The translations under genes and the position numbers were made by a program. Positions 56,878-64,000 of a stretch of 64,000 nucleotides of DNA are shown piece after piece (positions within the stretch are counted from its first letter, which is position 1; every line of letters begins with the position of its first letter). Below the pieces are notes generated by a model. The model ran no database searches and had not been told where the DNA came from. It saw nothing but the letters and a program-made list of their open reading frames with translations. Source of the stretch: an uncultured Bacteroides sp. (lineage in GTDB: Bacteria; Bacteroidota; Bacteroidia; Bacteroidales; JACABE01); contig CAYRBL010000001.1 in NCBI GenBank assembly GCA_964422385.1, positions 19,999 through 83,998 on the forward strand, read 5' to 3'.

Positions 56878-59800
56878 ATGGCATGTTATTATCATTTAAG
56901 ATTACCAGCTGGTGGGGAGATAAGAATCCCCGCCAGTTTCAGTAATTTATCACTTACCGATTCTGAGAACTTAAGAGGGCTTATAGACAACTATAAGAAT
57001 AATAAAGAGGATTCAAAAACCGAATTAATATCTTATATTAAAAATAACACACCTTTAAAAAACCAAGCAATTACGTCTCTTGTAGAGTCAATACCTATTG
57101 ACAATGCACAGATAACAGATGAACATTTAACTAATTTTATAGCAGCTAATAATGAGCAAATTGAAGCTCAAGGAGAGTTTGCAGGTATTGCAGATACTCT
57201 GAGAACAGCTATTTATAAAGATAATAAGATTGAAGCTGTTGATGAAAATGGCGTATGGAAAGAGATGAAGATTGACCAAGTATTAAAAGAATTACAAAAA
57301 CCTATATTTACTAATTACTTTCAAAATATTGATGCTGCCAAAGTATTAAATGGAAAAAGTTATAATAAAACAATTGATGATATTAAGTTTAGGCAGGCTC
57401 AATTAGATTCATTAGGTATTAATTCTGATATATTTAGTGATTTTCAAACAGTACTTTCATATGCATTTCCTAACCAAAAAGGTATTCGAACAGCTAATAA
57501 TTTCTTTAAAACTAAATTTAATTCTAAATCTGGCGTAGGGCAAGATGACTCTGTTTTAATTTATGACAAAGGATTGGAAAATCCATTGATTTTTTATAAT
57601 GAGAATAGTGACTTGTCATTACATTTCGCAGTTTTTAAAATTTTAGGAATTAAAGCCTTAGAAGGCAAAAATGAAAAACTAAAAGAACTTATCGAAGGCT
57701 TCAATAAAGATGCCGGAGAACAAAACCAAATTGATACCAACTTAACTCCAATCGAATTTTTCAATGGTCAGTTGAATGCTGAAAAAGAAAGATTAGATCC
57801 TGAGTTCTATAAGATGCTCAAGTTTAAATATGGAGAAAGGTGGGCTAAAAAAATAATTGACCTAATGGTTGAGGATTTACCAGAAACAGATAAATTAAGA
57901 CTAGGTCGATCACTTACTTCCATTCTAAATTTTATGGATCCTAGTAATATGAGTAAGTTTGATGAAGCAATTCTAAAAACTAAAAATAATACAAAAGAGT
58001 TATATAACGTTAGAATACAAGGAGAACAATTACAAATTCAATCTATCTATCAATTATCATCAAGACAAAATAGACCTTTGCATTATAATTTTGCAGAAGA
58101 AAGTCAATTACTTGCTACTCCTAATGATATTAATAACTTTTTAAATTCTAAAATTAGAAGAAACTTAGACATCATTAAGATTGAAATTGAAGATCCATTA
58201 GATCCTACTAAAAAATATAGCCCTCGTTATATTGTACCTACTTATTGGAGTGTACGAGATAATTCAGTATTTATTAGAGGATGGTATGATAATAATGGAA
58301 CTCTTACAAGATATGAAGGAATGATAAAACCAAACCGTAAGATTACATATTCTACATTTGCATCAGCTGCTAAACCATATGTTTATACAACTGATATTAA
58401 AGCAAAAATTGAAAAGCCATTAATTGTTAAAATTGATACTGAAAATCCATTACCTAATACAGTACTACTTAAGTTAATACAAAGAGGAACATATATAAAG
58501 TATTTGGATAATAAAGGAGTTGAACGTAATGGTAATGTAAAAAATGTATTCCCAGGCGGTGTTAAAATGAATACAGAATATAATAAAACTGGAGCATTTG
58601 AACCAGACGTTAAGCTTTATAATATAAGAGAAATACATACTGATGCTTCATCATTAGAAGCTATTGTACCAGATGCATTACTAAAAAGCGATGCAGATGT
58701 ACAAACATTCTTAATGGGTAAAGCACAAGAAATAATTAAAGGATTAGAAAAATGGGATAGAAATGCACCGGTATCAGAAGATGATTGGGTAGCCATAGAA
58801 TCAAATGGGCAATTAAGATATAATATGGTTATTGGCCAAACTAATAAAAAAGTTTATATCTTTATTCAAACAAGTAAAGGTTCTAGAATTGAAACCATTA
58901 ATAAATCTGAGATTAAAAATGTATATAAACCAAAAGAAAAATTTGACACAAAAATGTTTGCTCAAATTGGATCTTTCTATAACACAGTATTAAATGAACA
59001 CTCAATCCGTGATTATGGTTATTCGGTGTTTACTGATTATGAGAGGGCTATGGATGGGGACTATGTGTGGTCAAAGGAAAACAAAGTTTTATATAAAATA
59101 AGCAATAAAGAAAATAAACAATTAATTAAATTTGCAATAAAAAATGGAGCAGAATCTATTGATTATGTAAGTGAGTTTCCTGTAGATGCAGTGTTTATTA
59201 CTGATAGAAATATTGCTTCAAACAATTTTGCATCAACAATTGAATTTAATAACTTTCATTTATCTACCTTCAGTTTAGATCCTGATAGTAAAGAAAAAAG
59301 AGGATATTTTGTTCCTAAAGATGCAGTACTCAGTTCTGAAATGTTATTACCATCAGGTAACTTAACAGTAGGATTTGTGCATTTTGCTGATTTCAAATAT
59401 GACCCGAATGTTTATAGAGATGCTACTGCGGAAGTAGTTAAGCTTATCAATGAACGTGATGGTAAAAAAGGTAAAGCAGCTAATCCTGACTTAGCAATTT
59501 TCCAAGAGAAAGGTTATATCAAAAGATATGATGCTAATTTATATGGAACACAGTACGATAAAAGTAAAAATAAATTTTTACAACAGGGAGTTTATGTTAC
59601 TTTAGCTAAAGAAGATGGCTCCGCAAGTCATAAGTATAGAGTTGAATCTAGAGATGGTGATAAACTATTATTAGAATACAATACCTATAATAGAAACGGT
59701 AAAGTGTTAACAGTAAATAAATACTTAGATTTATCGAAAGATGAAGGAAGTATTAAAAATTTATATATAATGTTTGGAAATAGCCGTTTAAAAGAATTAC

Positions 59801-60474
59801 AAGCATTAGATACTAAAAATGATGCAGTTAATGAAAAAATGACTAAAACAGAGTTAATGAACAATATAACTGATTCATTTTATCAAATATATAATATTGA
59901 CGTTGCTACAGTTCATTCCGAAGAAAAAGGATTGAAAAAGAGAAAAGCATGGATTGATGCTAGTTCTGGTGGCAATAAAATTGTTATTAATACTAATGTT
60001 CCAGGTTCGGAACAAGAGTTAGTCCATGAGTATTTACACTTATTCTTAATGGGTGCTAAATATAATAATGGAGATGTTTATGAAACATTAATGACTAATT
60101 ATCTTAAATCTAAAGGGGAGTCTACAGAAAATATTAATTTAGAACAAGTCGAAGAAAGATTTGTAAATGAAGTAAATGAATTGATGTGGAAAGATCCTGA
60201 GAAATTAATATCTATTGACGTAAAATCTTTCACTGCTATGTTTGATAGAATAATGAAAGATTTAAAAGTTATTGAAGAGGATGATGAAACTTTCTCTCCT
60301 GAACGTGGTTCTTTTGAATCGGTATTTAACATTTTAAATTATAAAATGGAAGATATTTTTAAGGGAGAAACTTCTAGAAAATCTAAAACTAACTTACTCT
60401 ACTATGATGCTAACTTCAAAAATTGGCTAAATGATCAGATTGATAATAATAACTTACTAATAAATTGCAGATAA
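56878..60474 (+). CDS. giant protein 3 (1198 aa) with C-terminal HExxH (zincin-like) motif
   Basis: Track ORF with no TGA. SEQELVHEYLHLFLMG, with HEYLH at 60025-60039. Start is 1 nt after the upstream TAA. Confidence 0.7.
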   Translation: MACYYHLRLPAGGEIRIPASFSNLSLTDSENLRGLIDNYKNNKEDSKTELISYIKNNTPLKNQAITSLVESIPIDNAQITDEHLTNFIAANNEQIEAQGEFAGIADTLRTAIYKDNKIEAVDENGVWKEMKIDQVLKELQKPIFTNYFQNIDAAKVLNGKSYNKTIDDIKFRQAQLDSLGINSDIFSDFQTVLSYAFPNQKGIRTANNFFKTKFNSKSGVGQDDSVLIYDKGLENPLIFYNENSDLSLHFAVFKILGIKALEGKNEKLKELIEGFNKDAGEQNQIDTNLTPIEFFNGQLNAEKERLDPEFYKMLKFKYGERWAKKIIDLMVEDLPETDKLRLGRSLTSILNFMDPSNMSKFDEAILKTKNNTKELYNVRIQGEQLQIQSIYQLSSRQNRPLHYNFAEESQLLATPNDINNFLNSKIRRNLDIIKIEIEDPLDPTKKYSPRYIVPTYWSVRDNSVFIRGWYDNNGTLTRYEGMIKPNRKITYSTFASAAKPYVYTTDIKAKIEKPLIVKIDTENPLPNTVLLKLIQRGTYIKYLDNKGVERNGNVKNVFPGGVKMNTEYNKTGAFEPDVKLYNIREIHTDASSLEAIVPDALLKSDADVQTFLMGKAQEIIKGLEKWDRNAPVSEDDWVAIESNGQLRYNMVIGQTNKKVYIFIQTSKGSRIETINKSEIKNVYKPKEKFDTKMFAQIGSFYNTVLNEHSIRDYGYSVFTDYERAMDGDYVWSKENKVLYKISNKENKQLIKFAIKNGAESIDYVSEFPVDAVFITDRNIASNNFASTIEFNNFHLSTFSLDPDSKEKRGYFVPKDAVLSSEMLLPSGNLTVGFVHFADFKYDPNVYRDATAEVVKLINERDGKKGKAANPDLAIFQEKGYIKRYDANLYGTQYDKSKNKFLQQGVYVTLAKEDGSASHKYRVESRDGDKLLLEYNTYNRNGKVLTVNKYLDLSKDEGSIKNLYIMFGNSRLKELQALDTKNDAVNEKMTKTELMNNITDSFYQIYNIDVATVHSEEKGLKKRKAWIDASSGGNKIVINTNVPGSEQELVHEYLHLFLMGAKYNNGDVYETLMTNYLKSKGESTENINLEQVEERFVNEVNELMWKDPEKLISIDVKSFTAMFDRIMKDLKVIEEDDETFSPERGSFESVFNILNYKMEDIFKGETSRKSKTNLLYYDANFKNWLNDQIDNNNLLINCR

Positions 60475-60475
60475 T

Positions 60476-63400
60476 ATGAGCTGTACATATGAATTAAAAG
60501 ATGGCGACAAAACAGTCGTAAAAGATTCTATTTTAGAATTATCACAACACTATTATCGAGCAGGAGTTAAATTAGCTAATCAAAAGATTTTTAGTACTGA
60601 AGAAATAGTTGATAGTGTGAGAAAACCGTTGCTTGAAATAGCATCGAGAAAAGATAGTATAAGAAGTAACGCAGCAACAACTGGTGTTGTTACATTTATA
60701 TCACAAGTTAATACTAGTATTTTTAAAAGTAAAGGTATTAACAAAGACCGATTAGTTCCTGAGTATAATGAGGACAATCGTATATTAAATTTTATCTTAG
60801 ATAAAATGCCTGCAACATTAAGGAACTCAGTAACTAAGTTAGAAAATTTACAAGATATTGTAAATAAAGATAGTACACTTACTGATACATATACTGAGAG
60901 ATTGAAGGAAATTAAAGATATTATTGAATCTGAAAAATTAACTAATCAATTAGGTATTGATATCCATAATGGGTTAGACTTATTATTAAGAAGCCAAAGT
61001 GGTACTAAAGGAGAAGATATATCTCAAATTGTAGACAGAATTGTAGACAAGAATGCAGATATTCTTGATAATCCAGACCAATGGAAAATTCGTTTAAAAG
61101 ATGTCCTTGGAAAAGTTTTCAGTGAAATTAGTACTATTATTAAAGATGGTGGTACAATATTATCTGAGTTAGATATTGATACAATGGAAGACTTAGAGGG
61201 AACTCATGCTAAAGATGCAGCAGTTAAGTTAAAAGGACGTATTGACCTTGTAGCTATTGACCGAGAAGGAAATGTTCATATTTATGATGTTAAGGTTTCT
61301 AAGAACCCTTATGATGAATGGGATCAAGTAAAAAGTTATAGTACTGATTGGCAGTTAGCTTTTTATCGTGGTTTACTTGGACAGTATATTGATGTTAAAG
61401 GTGCGACCCTTAATGTTATACCAATTAGCACTGGCTCTGTAGTTACTGACGAAAATGGACGTAAACAAGTATTACACAATAACTTAAAATATGATAAACA
61501 AGTCAATCTACTTCAAAATCCAAATAAAGGGTTAAGAGAAAATGGTGCTTTATGGAATGTAGTAGCTGCCCTTATTCCACAGAAAACAATTATTGATTAT
61601 GACCCAGAAAGACAAAAAGAGTTTGAGCAAGAATTAAAGCAGTTACTTCCAAACTATGAAATCAAAACGAGTAACTTAGAATATAATCCTCAAAAAATTG
61701 TAGAAGCTGCTAGAAGAAGTGGAACATTTGACTTATTCAATAGTTTTGATGACACATTAACTGGAGAATTAGTAACTCAACTTTCATCCTTAGGATTTAC
61801 TCAAGATTCTAATTCAAGAATTTTTAAATATAAATGGGAACCAGGAACTTCAAGTGCTGAAAAAGAAGCTAAGTTTGCGGAAGCAGTACAAGTATATACT
61901 GACTTTGCTAAAGCTAATAAGAACAATAACTTAGTGAGTTTGAAGAACTCTGTTATTTCAGCAGTAAATAGTGGAGCTTTAACAGTAAGCTGGCATAATA
62001 ATAAAATTGAGGATACTTTAAATAGTTTATTAAAACAATTTTTATTAGGAAATCATCGTGTTATAACTCGAATACCAGAACTTGATAAATTAGGCTTTAT
62101 TTTATTTCAAAATAAAGAAAATAATAAATATTCATTATTAAGTGTTAGTGCATTTACCGCTAACGCATCATATGAAAATAACCTATTATATGGTGAACTA
62201 GAATATTTAAAAGCGTATGCCTTTTTAAATAAATTTCATAAAGAATTAGATTTAAAGAGAAATAAAGTTGAAGCTGTGAGTGTATTTAATTTACAAGAAG
62301 GTGTTCCATTTTATAGACCACTTGATGCCATGTTTGAGAAATTCAAAAATCGAATGGAAGGGATGGGAATGCAAATGAATATTCAAGCACATGAAGTCTT
62401 ACCAAAAGATGAAGAAGTTGCTAGAGATATTTTTAGAAATTCATTAAGAACATATTCTAAAGAAGATAAAGATGCAGTGTTAGAAACATTAGCCCCTATA
62501 CTTAATCAGTTCACTGATGTATCTGGAGAACAATTAATTGATATTCAAAGAAAACTAAGAGAGAAATGGCACTTAGAAGAGAGAACACTTGACAAGTTAT
62601 CTTATGATAATGAACGTGAGTATTTATATGCTTTAATAAGTTCTATGATTGTATTAAAAAGTGCTTTAGTTCCATATGGAGACTTTATGGATATGAAGAA
62701 TTTTGGTATTGCATTTTCGGATTTTAAATCTATTGTTAATAGTTTATGGACAGACAAAGTTGAAGCTTATGATAGAACTGGAAAAGCAATTCAAGGTATT
62801 ATTGGTGGGTTAAAAACAATTACTCCTGATAAAGTAAACTCTATTGACTTACGTAATATCAATATGTTACTTAATAGTGCGAACTCATTTGTTCGTCAAG
62901 ATTTCTATAAACAATCTACTATTATTGGTTCTCTAACAAGAGAATACTTTAAAAAGATTCATTATAGTCCTACTGAACAAAATTGGATTGGTAATTATAG
63001 AGGTAAATATGAGAATATGTGGGTTAGAGAAAATGGCTCAATTTCTAATATTTGGTCAGTTAAAAATCCATATGCATTTGATGCATCTAATGGTTTAACA
63101 GCCCCTGAAAGAGAACATCTAAGAAAGATGTTATTTGAAATCAAGAAATACGAACTTGGTATTACTGAGAAAGAAAATGTAAATATTGATACTTTAGAAA
63201 CTTTATCTAAATCAAAAAGTGGTTTAAAAATCTTAGCCGCTATTGAAAACGGAAACTATTTCAAAATGCCATTGGTTAAGAATCAACAAATTACAAGAGC
63301 TGGAACTCTATGGAAAGATGGATTTAAAGGATTTGCTGATGCTGCAAAAGAAGTAGGACAAGAGGTTCAAGATTTCTTTGACTCTCGTGAACTTAGAGAA

Positions 63401-64000
63401 GAAGAAAGGATTAACTTAAAGAAAACACAACTTGGTTATTATGAAATGTACGATATATATGGTTTACAATCCGATTCATTCAAAAAGGATATGGTTGATA
63501 AGCATGGAGATATTGAATTTGAATTAAGTTTAGATATCATTGCACATAAATCCGCATTTAATAAAATTCGACAAGACCACATGAATAGAGTATTACCTAT
63601 TGTAAACTCATATATGTGGTGGATGAAATTAAGAGCTGGTGTATCTAACAAAGATATTTCTAAGGAATTAGACTATGTAGTTAATAGAATTAACTTAGCT
63701 GCTTACGATGCTCCTATTGTGAATGAAGAAGCAGAAGATGTTATTAAAGCTGTTTCAGTTGCAAAACGTATTACTACGATGGGTATGTTAGCATTTAGAC
63801 CTGTGCTTTTATTTAAAGAATTAACAATTGGTTTATATAAAGGTATCGCTTTAGCATCAACTAAAATTTATGGTAAACAACAATTTAGTTTAAAATCATA
63901 TACTAAAGCGGTTAAATCTTTAATTACTGTAGATAATAAATTCGGCCCAGAGTGGAACTTACTTGACGCAGTTAATAATTTTTATGGGTTTGCTAACCGT
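60476..64000 (+). CDS. giant protein 4, N-terminal 1175 codons (continues past window end), with PD-(D/E)xK nuclease-like motifs
   Basis: ATG 60476 lies 1 nt after TAA. I read phase 2 codon by codon to 64000 and found no TAA, TAG or TGA. It is absent from the ORF track because it has no stop inside the window. GRIDLVAIDREGNVHIYDVKVSK ... QLAFY at 61235-61366. Confidence 0.8.
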   Translation, partial: MSCTYELKDGDKTVVKDSILELSQHYYRAGVKLANQKIFSTEEIVDSVRKPLLEIASRKDSIRSNAATTGVVTFISQVNTSIFKSKGINKDRLVPEYNEDNRILNFILDKMPATLRNSVTKLENLQDIVNKDSTLTDTYTERLKEIKDIIESEKLTNQLGIDIHNGLDLLLRSQSGTKGEDISQIVDRIVDKNADILDNPDQWKIRLKDVLGKVFSEISTIIKDGGTILSELDIDTMEDLEGTHAKDAAVKLKGRIDLVAIDREGNVHIYDVKVSKNPYDEWDQVKSYSTDWQLAFYRGLLGQYIDVKGATLNVIPISTGSVVTDENGRKQVLHNNLKYDKQVNLLQNPNKGLRENGALWNVVAALIPQKTIIDYDPERQKEFEQELKQLLPNYEIKTSNLEYNPQKIVEAARRSGTFDLFNSFDDTLTGELVTQLSSLGFTQDSNSRIFKYKWEPGTSSAEKEAKFAEAVQVYTDFAKANKNNNLVSLKNSVISAVNSGALTVSWHNNKIEDTLNSLLKQFLLGNHRVITRIPELDKLGFILFQNKENNKYSLLSVSAFTANASYENNLLYGELEYLKAYAFLNKFHKELDLKRNKVEAVSVFNLQEGVPFYRPLDAMFEKFKNRMEGMGMQMNIQAHEVLPKDEEVARDIFRNSLRTYSKEDKDAVLETLAPILNQFTDVSGEQLIDIQRKLREKWHLEERTLDKLSYDNEREYLYALISSMIVLKSALVPYGDFMDMKNFGIAFSDFKSIVNSLWTDKVEAYDRTGKAIQGIIGGLKTITPDKVNSIDLRNINMLLNSANSFVRQDFYKQSTIIGSLTREYFKKIHYSPTEQNWIGNYRGKYENMWVRENGSISNIWSVKNPYAFDASNGLTAPEREHLRKMLFEIKKYELGITEKENVNIDTLETLSKSKSGLKILAAIENGNYFKMPLVKNQQITRAGTLWKDGFKGFADAAKEVGQEVQDFFDSRELREEERINLKKTQLGYYEMYDIYGLQSDSFKKDMVDKHGDIEFELSLDIIAHKSAFNKIRQDHMNRVLPIVNSYMWWMKLRAGVSNKDISKELDYVVNRINLAAYDAPIVNEEAEDVIKAVSVAKRITTMGMLAFRPVLLFKELTIGLYKGIALASTKIYGKQQFSLKSYTKAVKSLITVDNKFGPEWNLLDAVNNFYGFANR

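Noticed and set aside
11210-63651. All remaining minus-strand track ORFs (60-101 aa; e.g. 11210-11428, 12872-13147, 32355-32648, 41574-41879, 60099-60332, 63439-63651)
   Set aside because: Each is fully embedded antisense in a long, motif-bearing plus-strand CDS. They are short, compositionally biased (S/L/F/I-rich) and unsupported by any signal. I treat them as chance ORFs.
1-64000. Interpreting the TGA-terminated fragments as genuine short genes, or as a heavily pseudogenised or degraded prophage
   Set aside because: Decay would scatter TAA/TAG stops and frameshifts as well. Here only TGA interrupts the frames and phase is always preserved. Conserved motifs (DUF192, collar domain, HEG HTH repeat, Gly-zipper segments) continue across the TGAs, and no merged gene ends in TGA.
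1-64000. TGA decoded as Gly (table 25) or as selenocysteine
   Set aside because: TGA positions align with Trp or aromatic residues: the DUF192 FWMK motif, the TGG/TGA paralogue pair at EYW, the PurD-like vFG position, and helix-end positions in the membrane protein. Sixty-two sites, often in pairs a few codons apart, are incompatible with SECIS-dependent Sec insertion. This still needs profile-based confirmation.
1-64000. A host that natively uses table 4 (Mollicutes-type), so that the recoding is not phage-specific
   Set aside because: About 2,480 consecutive codons (10567-18384) and about 2,370 codons (56878-64000) use TGG exclusively for Trp. An AT-rich native code-4 organism would be expected to prefer TGA everywhere. 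SD-less starts and TAnnTTTG boxes point instead to a Bacteroidota-like host. This cannot be excluded without host assignment.

Overview
AT-rich phage DNA in which every supportable gene lies on the + strand with almost no intergenic space. Under the standard code the window looks shattered: many ORFs end in TGA and are followed by apparently empty gaps, mainly at 1-10.6 kb and 18.4-31.4 kb. If TGA is read as a sense codon, best fit Trp (translation table 4), those fragments merge into 35 back-to-back CDSs. All 34 stops inside the window are then TAA (31) or TAG (3).

Content in order:
- Tail-fibre/spike cluster (308-9951).
- A membrane protein visible only after recoding (putative holin, 5 TGA in 108 codons) next to a GH24 endolysin (10239-11067).
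- Head module with no TGA at all: acidic scaffold-like protein, major capsid protein candidate followed by a strong terminator, and a protein carrying an Ig-like Big_2 domain (11238-17665).
- Neck/tail module, including a tail-collar-domain protein and a 1392-aa tail protein (18391-26935).
- Gly-rich putative ejection/cargo proteins.
- A small accessory island with a PurD-like ATP-grasp enzyme and a DUF192 protein.
- Three free-standing GIY-YIG homing endonuclease genes.
- More than 25 kb of four consecutive giant ORFs (2953, 3135, 1198 and >1175 aa). They carry, respectively, an SF1 helicase core, a beta-prime-like RxP...DFDID RNA-polymerase motif, an HExxH motif, and a PD-(D/E)xK+QxxxY nuclease motif.

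The gene order, the DFDxD giant protein and start sites lacking a Shine-Dalgarno sequence fit a crAss-like (Crassvirales) podophage of a Bacteroidota-type host. This is inference from motifs and synteny, since no homology search was possible. I found no tRNA, rRNA or CRISPR array in the window. All domain calls rest on motifs I can read in the translations.
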